Shown: positions 38,624 through 48,392, counted from the stretch's first letter. The stretch is 64,000 nucleotides of DNA from Candidatus Raskinella chloraquaticus (GCA_002365175.1 DEZK01000012.1:67330-131329); one strand, 5' to 3'. Program-made: numbers and translations. Notes: generated by a model from the letters alone, not told the origin.

Positions 38624-39502
38624 CTACCAGGACAGACGCCACATCACAGCGCGTGGCGCGACATCAGCTGCGGCGAACGCGGCCTCAAGCGCCGTCATCT
38701 CGAGCTTGCCGGGCTTTCCTGCCAGCGCAGCGTGAATCCCGCCGGCGATGAACAATGCATCGATCTGGTTGAGCGCCGCGCCTTTGAGGTCGGTGGCGAT
38801 CGCATCGCCAATGGCAAGGATCGGGGCGGGTTTGCAGCGCCTGTCGGCGCCGATCATCCCGAGAAGAGACACCGCCTGACGATAAGCCTCGCTATGAGGC
38901 TTGCCGAAATAGCGCACCTTGCCGCCGAGCGCGCTGTAAACGGCGGCGATCGCACCGGCGCAAGGGATGAGCCGGGGCCCGCGCTCGACGACGATGTCGG
39001 GATTGGCGCACAGCATCGGCAGGCGGCGCGCACTCCATTCATGGCAGCGCTCGCGATAATCCTCGGCGACTTCTGTTTCATCGTTAAACGGGCCGGTGCA
39101 CACGATGAGATCGGCCTGCTCGACCGGGACCAGCACCACGTCCAGTGCGTCATAGAGCGGCAGATCGCGATCTGGACCAAGATGGAAAACGCGGGCGCCG
39201 GGCTGGCTTTCAAGATAAGACCGCGTCATGTCGCCCGAGGTGAGGATAGCGTCATAGGCCGTCTGGGGGACTGAAAGGCGCTCAAGCATCGCCCTGACGG
39301 AAGAGTGCGGGCGGGGAGCGTTCGACAGCAAAAGAACCGGATGGCCGCACTCGCGATAACGGATCAGCGCCTCGCAGGCTGGCGCAAACGCCTGATGGCC
39401 ATCGTGGAGCACGCCCCAGATATCGCAGATAATGGCTCCATACCCATCCGCCAGCTCGGATAGTCCGGAAATGCTGGCGGTCATCGGTGCTTGCAATCTC
39501 AC
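38624..39502 (-). CDS. HAD-superfamily hydrolase (TIGR01459-like subfamily)
   Basis: 292 aa with HAD motif I as ICDIWGVLHDG, SNAPR (motif II region) and a GDAIATD motif IV. Confidence 0.8.
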   Translation of the reverse strand: MRLQAPMTASISGLSELADGYGAIICDIWGVLHDGHQAFAPACEALIRYRECGHPVLLLSNAPRPHSSVRAMLERLSVPQTAYDAILTSGDMTRSYLESQPGARVFHLGPDRDLPLYDALDVVLVPVEQADLIVCTGPFNDETEVAEDYRERCHEWSARRLPMLCANPDIVVERGPRLIPCAGAIAAVYSALGGKVRYFGKPHSEAYRQAVSLLGMIGADRRCKPAPILAIGDAIATDLKGAALNQIDALFIAGGIHAALAGKPGKLEMTALEAAFAAADVAPRAVMWRLSW

Positions 39503-40899
39503 GATGCCGCGCGTTGCGCCACCAGGGGGCCTTCGCTCAACACATCGGCGCGCACCGGGCGGGGCGGCGAAAAGAGATTGCCCTGGCCAAAACGCAGATC
39601 AAGGTCGAGCAGATCAAGAACGGTGGCCTCCGTCTCGATCTTGTCGGCGATCAGGTCGATGCCATAGCGGGAGAGAAGGCCGGACAAATCAGCAGGGTGA
39701 ATATCAGATGGCAAGGCGTCTGTGCGACCCAGAAGGAGTTCGGCAGGTACCTTCAGCAGGCGGAAGCCTCGATCCGCAAGATCGCGGGTATTAAGTCGCA
39801 GATTGCGCACATGATCGAGCGAAAAACGGAAGCCAAGCTTGCGGATGGCGGAGAGTGATTCAAATTCGAGCGCGCCGAAATCGGCGTAGGCGGCCTGCGA
39901 CATCTCGATCACGATGGCGCCTGACAGCGCGGAATTGGCAGCGAGGAAATCGACGATTTCTCGAAAGCGGTCACCGTCCGAGAAGGTGGCGGGCGCAAAA
40001 TTGACGATAACGCCGGCCTCGCGATTGCGCGCCTGAAGGCGGCGCAGCAGGTGGACGACGCGAAACAGCACGCGGCTGTCGAGGCGCCCGGCCATCCCGG
40101 CCTCGGCGACCGCTGGCAGAAAATCATCCGCCAGGATGACTTCACCATGCTCATTCTTCAGGTGATAGACGATTTCATACCATTTCACTTTGCGCTGCGG
40201 CAGGGTGACGACGGGCTGCAACAGCAAGTCGATACGCCCGCCTTCCATGGCATCGACCACCATGGCCAGAAATTCATCATGGCCCATCGCCGCGAAACGC
40301 CCGCGCCGCTGCGGCATGACCGCTGCCTCCATCGCCGGGGGCGGCGCCATCATCATCGGTTCATCGGCCATGTCGGCGGCGGCAGGTGCCGACAGGGTTT
40401 CCAGCAATTGCTGCTGGTCGCTCAGCATTCCGGCAAGCTCGCCGATCTGCTTTTGCGCCGCGTGAAGATCGCTGCGAAGTGCCGCAACATCCTGGGCGGC
40501 CGTCACCGCACCTGCCGTCTCGATAACCGCGATGCGGTTGGCGAGCATGGCCACATCGCGCGACAGCCTTTCATTGCTGCGGCTCAGATCATCGAAGGTC
40601 CGGGTCGTCGCCTTGCGGTCTTCGCGCCGCCAGGTGGTGAATTGCAGGACAATCAGGACGGCAAATCCCGCCAGAGCAAAAATAGCTGATGATTCGATGC
40701 CAAACCGCAAGACAAGAAAGGCAATCGCCCCGATGCTGAGCGAAATGATGCCCATGGCGGTAACGATGACGGCCGATGCCAGAAAACCCATGATGCGCCA
40801 ACCTGCACTTGGCGGCGGCCATGGCGAGCGCCGCACGCGAATCTCGTATGCAGGCATAACTATCACAGGCAAAGCCTTGCGGGTATGGTGAGGCAACAA
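39499..40899 (-). CDS. membrane-anchored coiled-coil protein with a degenerate EAL domain
   Basis: 466-aa ORF; an alternative start near 40791 gives MGFLASAV. It has two N-terminal TM helices, a coiled-coil segment and a C-terminal EAL fold (QPVVTL...WYEIV, VNFAP, IEMSQ, SLDHVRN in place of DDFGTGYS, LLKVP, ADKIE, GQG). Confidence 0.75.
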   Translation of the reverse strand: MLPHHTRKALPVIVMPAYEIRVRRSPWPPPSAGWRIMGFLASAVIVTAMGIISLSIGAIAFLVLRFGIESSAIFALAGFAVLIVLQFTTWRREDRKATTRTFDDLSRSNERLSRDVAMLANRIAVIETAGAVTAAQDVAALRSDLHAAQKQIGELAGMLSDQQQLLETLSAPAAADMADEPMMMAPPPAMEAAVMPQRRGRFAAMGHDEFLAMVVDAMEGGRIDLLLQPVVTLPQRKVKWYEIVYHLKNEHGEVILADDFLPAVAEAGMAGRLDSRVLFRVVHLLRRLQARNREAGVIVNFAPATFSDGDRFREIVDFLAANSALSGAIVIEMSQAAYADFGALEFESLSAIRKLGFRFSLDHVRNLRLNTRDLADRGFRLLKVPAELLLGRTDALPSDIHPADLSGLLSRYGIDLIADKIETEATVLDLLDLDLRFGQGNLFSPPRPVRADVLSEGPLVAQRAAS

Positions 40900-40919
40900 C
40901 AGACGATTGAGGAGATCCG

Positions 40920-41306
40920 ATGATGCTCGAACGGCTCAACCCAGCTTCCGCGCCGCAACCGGCTTCCGCCTATTCACAGGCGGTCGCGCACAGCGCTGGC
41001 GCCCGCCGGCTGGTCCTTTCCGGGCAGATCGGCATGACGCCCGGGGGCGAGATCGTCGAGGGGCTGGAGGCGCAGATATCGCAGGCTTTTGCCAATTTCA
41101 TGGCGATCGTCAACGCCGCCGGGCTTGGCCCCGAACATGTCGTCAAAATCGTCGTCTATATGGTCGCCGGCGGCGATGTCGCGGCTTATCGGCGCATTCG
41201 CGACAAGGTGTTCGGCGCATATCCGCCGGCCTCCACCTATGTGGTGGTGGCGGGGCTTGCCGATCCGCGCTTTCTGTTTGAAGTCGAAGGCGAGGCCGTC
41301 GGCTGA
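40920..41306 (+). CDS. RidA/YjgF-family protein
   Basis: 128 aa with YSQAV...SGQIG...A.AQ..QAF.N...I..AAG and a C-terminal EVEGEA, all typical of RidA-family proteins. Confidence 0.8.
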   Translation: MMLERLNPASAPQPASAYSQAVAHSAGARRLVLSGQIGMTPGGEIVEGLEAQISQAFANFMAIVNAAGLGPEHVVKIVVYMVAGGDVAAYRRIRDKVFGAYPPASTYVVVAGLADPRFLFEVEGEAVG

Positions 41307-41369
41307 AGCTCTTGACCGCAAGCGCGCCATCGCCACATAGAAGGGCAGCGAACACGTAAGGAGAGAGCC

Positions 41370-41573
41370 ATGCTCACCCTCAATGTCACCGGAATGGATT
41401 GCGCCGGCTGCATGAAGGCGGTCGAAAAGGCCGTCAAGCGCGTCGACCCTCAGGCGCAGGTCGCCATCGACCTGCCGAGCGGACTTGTCACCATCCATGG
41501 CAGCAGCGAAGAGCGCGGCGATTTCGAAACCTCGATCACCCGCGCCGGCTACGGGCTTAAAGACGTCGCCTGA
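41370..41573 (+). CDS. heavy-metal-associated (HMA) domain protein, CopZ-like
   Basis: 67 aa with the metal-binding motif GMDCAGC at the expected position of a ferredoxin-like HMA fold. Confidence 0.8.
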   Translation: MLTLNVTGMDCAGCMKAVEKAVKRVDPQAQVAIDLPSGLVTIHGSSEERGDFETSITRAGYGLKDVA

Positions 41574-41596
41574 TCCACAGGCCGGCAGGTTACACA

Positions 41597-42208
41597 ATGT
41601 TCGCGGTTCTGTTCGAGGTCGTGCCAAAGGCGGAGCGCTACGACGAATACCTGTCGATTGCCGCCGGCCTGCGCCCGGAGCTGCTGGCAAGCCCGGGGTT
41701 TCGCGAGAATACGCGCTATGCCAGCCGCGCACGCGCAGGCCTGCTGCTGTCGCTTTCGCTGTGGGACAATGAAAAAGCCCTGATCCGCTGGCGCACCCAT
41801 GCCGGCCATCATGCCGCGCAGGCGCGCGGGCGCAGCGCTGTGCTGGATCATTACCGCCTGCGGGTTGGCGAGGTCATTGCCCATTCGGCAGATGACATCG
41901 GCAGTGGCCGCAGCCGGCTTGACACCACCGACGTTGGCGCCGCCAAGGCGGTCGTCGTCGTCGACGGCCCTGAGGCCGCAGCGCTGAGCGCGCTTCAATG
42001 CCAGCGCGATGCCATCGCCGCAGACAGTGATTGTCTTGAGGCGATCACCGAACCGGGCCGCTTCCTGGCACTTCAAGGCTTCGGCGCGGAAGCCGCCGCC
42101 TTGGCGGCGGTGGGCAATACCGCACCGCCAGGGCGCCGGATCGCCATCCGCATCATCCGCGATTACGGGATGGATGACCGTCGCGAAGCGGTGCAGTGGA
42201 TGGCGTAA
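41597..42208 (+). CDS. antibiotic-biosynthesis-monooxygenase (ABM) domain protein with a C-terminal extension
   Basis: 203 aa. The N-terminal ~95 aa (MFAVLFEV.PK...YDEYL..A..LRPEL....GF.....Y.S......LLSLSLWDNEKALIRWR...H..AQ) match the ABM fold, and the C-terminal ~100 aa may be a second, degenerate repeat. Confidence 0.65.
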   Translation: MFAVLFEVVPKAERYDEYLSIAAGLRPELLASPGFRENTRYASRARAGLLLSLSLWDNEKALIRWRTHAGHHAAQARGRSAVLDHYRLRVGEVIAHSADDIGSGRSRLDTTDVGAAKAVVVVDGPEAAALSALQCQRDAIAADSDCLEAITEPGRFLALQGFGAEAAALAAVGNTAPPGRRIAIRIIRDYGMDDRREAVQWMA

Positions 42209-42223
42209 AACCCGTTCATATTT

Positions 42224-43573
42224 TTAATGAACGGCCCTTACGATATTCGCCATTTTTTCAAATATTTCCGCAATCTGCACCTCGCTGACGATCAAGGGGG
42301 GCGACAGGGCGATGGTATCGCCGGTGACGCGCACCATCATGCCATGATCGTGGAACGCGCTTTCCATCGCGTGATAGCCGCGCACGCCGGGCTTGCCCTC
42401 CTGCGGATCAAGATCAATGCCTGCCACCAGACCGCAGGTGCGGATATCAGCAACCCCGCTCATCCCCTTCAGGCTCATTGCCGCATCCGCCCATTTGGCC
42501 TCCAGCGATTTTGCCCGCTCGATCAGCCCTTCCGACTTGTAAAGGTCAAGGGTTGCGAGCGCTGCCGCCACGGCCAGCGGATGGGCTGAGTAGGTATAGC
42601 CGTGAAACAGCTCGATGACATGTTCCGGCCCGGTCATGAAGGTGTCGTAGAGATTTTTGCGTGCCATGACCCCGCCCATCGGTACCGCGCCCGAGGTAAC
42701 GCCCTTGGCGAAGGTGATCATGTCGGGAATAACATCATAGCGCTCCGCTGCCCACATCGCACCAAGGCGCCCGAAGCCTGAAATAACCTCGTCGAAAATG
42801 AGCAAAATGCCGTGTTTGGCGGTGATCTCGCGCAGCCGCTTCAGATAGCCGACGGGGGGAGGCAGGACGCCCGTGGAGCCGGCCATCGGTTCGACGATGA
42901 CAGCAGCGATGGTCGAGGCATCATGAAGGGCAACGATGCGCTCCAGCTCGTCGGCCAGATGTGCGCCCCAGGCCGGTTCGCCGACCGAAAAGCGCTGATG
43001 GGCGCGGTCATAGGTGTGCGGCAGATGGTCAACGCCGGGGATCAGCGGCCCGTAGAATTTGCGGTTGTTGACGATGCCGCCGACCGAAATGCCGCCAAAT
43101 CCCGACCCGTGATAGCCGCGCTCGCGACCAATGAGGCGGGTGCGCGCTGCCTCACCGCGCGCGCGGTGATAGGCAATGGCGATCTTGAGGGCGGTGTCGA
43201 CGGCCTCCGAGCCGGAATTGCAGAAAAACGCGTGATCAAGGTCGCCCGGAGCGCCCGCTGCCAGGCGGCTTGCCAGTTCGAAGGCCTTGGGGTGACCGAA
43301 CTGAAAGGTCGGCGCAAAATCCAGCTCGGCCGCCTCGCGCTGGATAGCTTCAACGATCGGTTTGCGGCCATGGCCGGCATTGCAGCACCACAGGCCGGCG
43401 GTGGCGTCGAGAATGGCGTGCCCCTCGGGCGTGAAATAATGCATGTCCTTGGCACGGGAAATGAAGCGCGGACGCTTCTTGAAGCTGCGATTGGACGTAT
43501 AGGGCATCCAGAAGGCTTCGAGATTATTCGGGCTTGGTTCGCTGTGGCGGTCGATATCGTAGGCAAAGGCCAT
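42224..43573 (-). CDS. class III (omega) aminotransferase, beta-alanine/omega-amino acid--pyruvate type
   Basis: It has FWMPYTSNRSFK, CCNAGHGR, FCNSGSEAVD, DEVISGFGR and FAKGVTSG (PLP Lys). I take the start at the ATG at 43573 (MAFAYD), because the upstream 32 codons of the track ORF are the translation of an intergenic tandem repeat. Confidence 0.85.
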   Translation of the reverse strand: MAFAYDIDRHSEPSPNNLEAFWMPYTSNRSFKKRPRFISRAKDMHYFTPEGHAILDATAGLWCCNAGHGRKPIVEAIQREAAELDFAPTFQFGHPKAFELASRLAAGAPGDLDHAFFCNSGSEAVDTALKIAIAYHRARGEAARTRLIGRERGYHGSGFGGISVGGIVNNRKFYGPLIPGVDHLPHTYDRAHQRFSVGEPAWGAHLADELERIVALHDASTIAAVIVEPMAGSTGVLPPPVGYLKRLREITAKHGILLIFDEVISGFGRLGAMWAAERYDVIPDMITFAKGVTSGAVPMGGVMARKNLYDTFMTGPEHVIELFHGYTYSAHPLAVAAALATLDLYKSEGLIERAKSLEAKWADAAMSLKGMSGVADIRTCGLVAGIDLDPQEGKPGVRGYHAMESAFHDHGMMVRVTGDTIALSPPLIVSEVQIAEIFEKMANIVRAVH

Positions 43574-43639
43574 GGCTTGATCCTCGGACAGACATGTGCG
43601 GATGGAATGAACCCACGCTAGCAGGACGAGGGACACAAT

Positions 43640-43691
43640 CACAAGGCGCATGACTGGCACAAGGCGCATGACTGGCCAGGCACATGACTGG
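43640..43691. repeat. intergenic tandem direct repeat (18 + 18 + 16 nt)
   Basis: CACAAGGCGCATGACTGG occurs twice in perfect tandem (43640-43657 and 43658-43675), followed by the degenerate copy CCAGGCACATGACTGG (43676-43691). It lies between the divergent aminotransferase and ndvA starts. Confidence 0.85.
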
Positions 43692-43780
43692 ACAGAGGGG
43701 GGATGCCGGGTTAGCGCTGGTCGTCGTCATCGCCGCAAGCGAGCGACACGAGGCAAGACAAGACGGAGAGCAGACCACAT

Positions 43781-45544
43781 ATGGGCATCGTAGCACTCTA
43801 CGGCCGGGTCATCGGCCTGCTGGCCTCCGACCGCTGGATCGCCGTTCTTCTGGCAGTATCAAACCTCGCGCTCGCCGGCTTCCAGTTTGCCGAGCCTGTG
43901 CTGTTTGGCCGGGTCGTCGACGCGCTTGCCAGTGGCAACAATGCGCTCGTCTATGTCGGCATCTGGGCAGGCGTCGGATTTCTCGGCGTACTCGCCAATG
44001 TGCTGATCGCGCTCCACTCCGACCGCCTGGCGCACCGCAGACGGCTTGCCGCCATGTCGAGTTATTTCGAGCATGCGATTGCCCTGCCTCCGACATTTCT
44101 CGGCGAGCAGCATTCGGGCCGGCTGATGAAAGTCATGCTGCGCGGCACCGATCAGCTCTTTCATCTTTGGCTGTCGTTTTTCCGCGAACATCTCGGCGCC
44201 ATTTTTTCGCTGTGCGTCCTCATTCCCAGCGCCCTTTACATGAACTGGCAGATGGCATTGCTGCTGTTTGCGCTGATGGTGATTTTTGCCCTCCTCAATT
44301 ACGTCGTCGTCAAGCGCACCTACGCGGCGCAGGGCGATGTCGAGCGCTATCACTCTGAGGTGGCGGCGCGGACCGGCGACGTCATGGGCAATGTGACGGT
44401 GGTACAGGCCTTCACAAGGCTTGCGGCCGAAGTCGAAGGCGTCAAGACGGCGATGGGACAATTGCTGGCGGCGCAGTATCCCGTGCTCAACTGGTGGGCG
44501 ACGCTGACGGTCCTGACCAAAGCCTGTTCGACGCTGGCGATGGTGTCGATCTTTGCCCTGGGGACGGTTCTGCATGGTTCGGGCAAGACCAGCGTCGGCG
44601 AAATCGTTGCCTTCGTCGGCTTTGCCAATCTCCTCATCGGGCGGCTCGAGCAGCTTTCCGGCTTCATCAATTCGGTCTTCTTCCAGACCCATTCGATCCG
44701 TGAATTCTTCGAAGTTCTGGACGCGCGCTCGAACGTGGTCGAAGTGCCGGCGGCGCCGGCGCTGGAGGTGAGCGGCGGCGAGGTGGTCTTCGATGCCGTC
44801 ACCTATCACTACCCCAACGCGAAGGCCGGCGTCGAAGGCCTGTCGTTTACGGTGAAGCCGGGCGAAACGGTGGCGCTGGTCGGCCCAACCGGATCGGGGA
44901 AATCGACTGCCGTCTCCTTCCTCATCCGCTCACGCGATCCAACGAGCGGGCGCATCACCATCGATGGCAAGGATATCCGCGAAGTATCGCTTGCCAGCCT
45001 GCGCGCGCAGATCGCGGTTGTCTTTCAGGACCCCGGCCTGTTCAACCGCTCGATCCGCCAGAACCTGCTCATCGGCAAGCCGCAGGCCAATGATCAGGAC
45101 CTGCTGCGGGCGATCGCTCTGGCAGAAGCAGCCGATTTCGTGCTGGCAAAACCCGACGGGCTCGACACGCACATCACCGAGCGCGGGCAGAATCTCTCAG
45201 GTGGCGAGCGCCAGCGTCTGGCGATCGCCCGTGCCATTCTCAAAAACGCGCCGATCCTCATTCTCGATGAAGCGACGTCAGCGCTCGATGTCGAGACGGA
45301 ATTCAAGATCGCCCGGGCGTTGGAGGAGTTGTCGCGCAACCGCACCACGCTCGTCATCGCCCATCGCCTGTCAACCGTGCGCAAGGCTGACCGCATCATC
45401 GTTCTGCGCGAAGGGCGTATCATCGAAACCGGCACTTTCGATGCGCTGGTGGCGCAGGGTGGCTTCTTTGCCAAGCTCGCCGAGCAGGGCGGTTTTCTCG
45501 GCGATCCGCGGACACGACAACCGCCAGCGCTTCCTGCCCCGTGA
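43781..45544 (+). CDS. ndvA: cyclic beta-(1,2)-glucan export ABC transporter (fused permease/ATPase), NdvA/ChvA type
   Basis: 587 aa with an N-terminal 6-TM ABC exporter domain, Walker A GPTGSGKST, signature LSGGERQRLAIARA and Walker B ILILDEATSALD. The length and N-terminus match my recollection of NdvA/ChvA. Confidence 0.75.
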   Translation: MGIVALYGRVIGLLASDRWIAVLLAVSNLALAGFQFAEPVLFGRVVDALASGNNALVYVGIWAGVGFLGVLANVLIALHSDRLAHRRRLAAMSSYFEHAIALPPTFLGEQHSGRLMKVMLRGTDQLFHLWLSFFREHLGAIFSLCVLIPSALYMNWQMALLLFALMVIFALLNYVVVKRTYAAQGDVERYHSEVAARTGDVMGNVTVVQAFTRLAAEVEGVKTAMGQLLAAQYPVLNWWATLTVLTKACSTLAMVSIFALGTVLHGSGKTSVGEIVAFVGFANLLIGRLEQLSGFINSVFFQTHSIREFFEVLDARSNVVEVPAAPALEVSGGEVVFDAVTYHYPNAKAGVEGLSFTVKPGETVALVGPTGSGKSTAVSFLIRSRDPTSGRITIDGKDIREVSLASLRAQIAVVFQDPGLFNRSIRQNLLIGKPQANDQDLLRAIALAEAADFVLAKPDGLDTHITERGQNLSGGERQRLAIARAILKNAPILILDEATSALDVETEFKIARALEELSRNRTTLVIAHRLSTVRKADRIIVLREGRIIETGTFDALVAQGGFFAKLAEQGGFLGDPRTRQPPALPAP

Positions 45545-45569
45545 TCAGGGGCGGGATGAAACAACAGCT

Positions 45570-46067
45570 TCAGCCTGCTTGCTTGCCGCACCGCACGAAG
45601 ACATTTTGTCCGTAGCGGACGTGATTGGCGTTTTCGAGATATTTCAGCGAAAAGATATTACTGTCGCGGACTGACAATTCGCGCGCACCGTAAATCTTCT
45701 GCCCTTCGGGCGTGTTGGGAACGATGTAGACACGATTATCCTGCTCGAGAAGCTTCACCTCGACAAGTTTCTCGGCAACATACATTTCGAACGTATCGCT
45801 GGTGCGACGATTGATCTTGTAGGGAAGGTTGCAATAGCCGCGCGCCACCTGGACCATACGCCCGACATCGCCTTCATCGTTGAAAGACACCGTGCTCCAG
45901 CTGCCGATAAAATAGTCGACCGGCGGTGCCTTGGTGGTGATGGGGCCGGGCCTGGGATTGGCACCGGGGATGGTGGAAGCACTTGGCGCTGGCGCAGCGC
46001 CCTGCGCATAAACGCTGCTGGCACTCACAAGGGTCAGGCAGGCAAACAAGGCAAAACAGCGAGACAT
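45570..46067 (-). CDS. secreted protein of unknown function
   Basis: It has a signal peptide (MSRCFALFACLTLVSASSVYAQ) when started at the ATG at 46067, then a Pro-rich linker and a ~120-aa domain. I recognise no family. Confidence 0.5.
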   Translation of the reverse strand: MSRCFALFACLTLVSASSVYAQGAAPAPSASTIPGANPRPGPITTKAPPVDYFIGSWSTVSFNDEGDVGRMVQVARGYCNLPYKINRRTSDTFEMYVAEKLVEVKLLEQDNRVYIVPNTPEGQKIYGARELSVRDSNIFSLKYLENANHVRYGQNVFVRCGKQAG

Positions 46068-46179
46068 TAAAAGCTCCGCGGACAAATGGCACATTCCGAT
46101 CAGGGACTCAGCGCGTCTTAGATCATCACCCGCGAGGATTCAATGCACCCTTTGCACCCGTTCGCGCCCCACTCGCCAC

Positions 46180-46791
46180 TTGCCTCCCGGTGCGGCGTGT
46201 TTCATGGCTGTGCCCATGGACCTACCAGCTTTTGACGCCCCGCTCCCGCCCGGCACTCACCTGCGCCAGGCAACCGACACGGATGGAACCGCGATCGCGC
46301 GGCTCATCGCCGCGATTTTCGCCGAATACCCCGGTTGCCACTACGCCGCGCAGGAATTTCCCGAATTGACAGCGGTTGCGAGCCATTTTGCCGCGCATGG
46401 CGGGCAAATCTGGGTGGTTGAAAACGATGTCGCCAACTCTACCCCATCCGCCACGCAACGTGCCCGCGAACTCATCGCCTGCTGCGCCATCACGCCAACG
46501 CGCATCCCGAGCCATTTTGAGCTGAAGAAGGTCTATGTGAACAAGTCATGGCGCGGCAGCGGCCTTGCCCGGCATCTCGTCGCGGTTGCCCTCGATCTGG
46601 CGCGCGCTCAAGGAGCAAAGCGTGTCGAACTCTTCAGCGATACGCGCTTTCTGGCGGCCCATCGCTTTTATCAAAAGCTTGGTTTCGTGCAGATCCCCGG
46701 CGAGCGCTATCTGGCAGATATCTCACAAAGCTGGGAGTACCATTTCATACGCGACATCGCCACGCCGATGTCTGGTGTCACCAAGGCTTGA
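46180..46791 (+). CDS. GNAT-family N-acetyltransferase
   Basis: Acetyl-CoA binding region (VYVNKSWRGSGLARHLV) and FYQKLGF near the C-terminus. The start is uncertain; an alternative ATG lies at 46204. Confidence 0.8.
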   Translation: MPPGAACFMAVPMDLPAFDAPLPPGTHLRQATDTDGTAIARLIAAIFAEYPGCHYAAQEFPELTAVASHFAAHGGQIWVVENDVANSTPSATQRARELIACCAITPTRIPSHFELKKVYVNKSWRGSGLARHLVAVALDLARAQGAKRVELFSDTRFLAAHRFYQKLGFVQIPGERYLADISQSWEYHFIRDIATPMSGVTKA

Positions 46792-47020
46792 TGACCCTGC
46801 CCGCAGGTTGCAATTGCCAGGCCGGGGTGAAAAGCGTAAAGAGACGAGATTATTGGGTTTGCCGCGTTTTTGAGCGGGCAATTCGCCAATTTTCTCGGCA
46901 TTCTGTTACACAGGTGGCAGGCGCGACCATAGACGACATCAAAGCGTTGGACTGGAAGACGGATTAGTGAACGCAGCGCGTTTGAAGCGCATATCGATCC
47001 TGGGCAGCGAACTCTGAACA

Positions 47021-48244
47021 ATGAAACGTTTTTTAACTCGGTTCTTCCTTCTTTTCCTGGCCGTGGCAGGCGGCCTCTGGTTGCTGCGTGAGCCGCTGTC
47101 CGGTCCGCTCAATTCCCATGCGCCAGCGCTTGCCGGCTGGCTGGGGCTTGCTCCCCATAGCGCCGCGAAAGCTGCGGCTGCGCCGGCGCGCAATGTTCCA
47201 GCCATTCCGGTTGTCGTCGCCGAAGCAACGCGCCGCGATGTGCCGAATGCCTTTGACGCGGTCGGTACCGTGCAGGCCATCGCCTCGATGTCGATCCGTC
47301 CGCGCATCGACAGCCAGATCGTCGAGGTGCATGTCAGCGAAGGGGCGAATGTCAAGGATGGCGATCTGCTGTTCTCGCTTGATGCGCGCACGCTCAAAGC
47401 GCAGATCGCTCAGGTTGAAGCGCAGATATCCCGGGACCGCGCCCAGCTTGAACAGGCCAGGCGCGATCTTGTCCGCTTCGAGGGTCTGGTTGCCCAGAAA
47501 ATCACCACCGAGGTCACCCGGGACAACCAGATGACCGCCGTCAAGGTGGCGGAAGCGACGCTTTCAGCCGATTTGGCCAACCGCGACAATCTGGTAACGC
47601 AATTGAGTTTCACCGAAATCCGTTCACCTGTGAACGGTCGGCTGGGCTCACTCCCGGCCAAGGCAGGCTCGATCGTCCGGCAGGCCGATACGGCATCGCT
47701 GGCGACGATCAATCAGCTCGATCCGATCTTTGTTGTCTTTGCCTTGCCGCAGGCGCGTCTTGGCGAATTGCAAAGTGCCATGCACTCGGGCTCATCGACC
47801 GTCGAAGTCAAGACCTCGCGCGGGATCGTGCGGGGCGAGATCGCTTTCATCGAGAACACCGTCGACACCACGACGGGAACCATCAACGTGAAGGCACGGA
47901 TGAACAATAGCAGCGAGGCCTTGTGGCCAGGATCATTCGTTCCCGTGCGCATTGTATTGAGCATGCAGGCGGATGCGATCTCTGTTCCCGCCGCCGCTGT
48001 CCAACTCGGTCAGAAAAGTCCCTATGTGTTTGTTGTCGACCAGGACAACAAGGCAAGGGTGCGCCCGGTCAATGTGGCACGGACGGTTGATGGCGTCTCG
48101 GTGATCGCCGCCGGGGTTGCCGCCGGTGACCGGGTGGTGGTTGACGGAACGCTGCGTCTTGTCGACGGGGCCGCCGTTTTGCTCAAGGATGCGCGCACCG
48201 CAGATGATGCGCGGCCACCAGGCAGCAAGAAACCGGCCTCGTGA
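47021..48244 (+). CDS. RND efflux periplasmic adaptor (membrane fusion protein)
   Basis: 407 aa with an N-terminal anchor, the lipoyl/hairpin pattern (GTVQAIASMSIRPRIDSQIVEVHVSEGANVKDGDLLFSLD ... coiled coil ... IRSPVNGRLG) and a beta-barrel. Confidence 0.9.
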   Translation: MKRFLTRFFLLFLAVAGGLWLLREPLSGPLNSHAPALAGWLGLAPHSAAKAAAAPARNVPAIPVVVAEATRRDVPNAFDAVGTVQAIASMSIRPRIDSQIVEVHVSEGANVKDGDLLFSLDARTLKAQIAQVEAQISRDRAQLEQARRDLVRFEGLVAQKITTEVTRDNQMTAVKVAEATLSADLANRDNLVTQLSFTEIRSPVNGRLGSLPAKAGSIVRQADTASLATINQLDPIFVVFALPQARLGELQSAMHSGSSTVEVKTSRGIVRGEIAFIENTVDTTTGTINVKARMNNSSEALWPGSFVPVRIVLSMQADAISVPAAAVQLGQKSPYVFVVDQDNKARVRPVNVARTVDGVSVIAAGVAAGDRVVVDGTLRLVDGAAVLLKDARTADDARPPGSKKPAS

Positions 48245-48392
48245 CGCCTTGAACCTGCCCGTGGCGCGCGCCGGTCTCTCACTGTACATGTTGTTCCCCT
48301 GTTAGACCGCCCGTCAGGATATTCCGTTACAAAGGCCCGTTCGTCCTCGTTGAAGCCCAGACCATCCAACTGCACCAGAGCGAGATGATCCT

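Noticed and set aside
39499-39502. 4-nt start/stop overlaps (lspA/ileS, HAD/EAL, MFS/xseA, hisG/hisZ, waaA/lpxK) as programmed frameshift sites
   Set aside because: ATGA/GTGA-type overlaps are ordinary translational coupling in compact high-GC operons. No slippery heptamers or downstream pseudoknots were seen.
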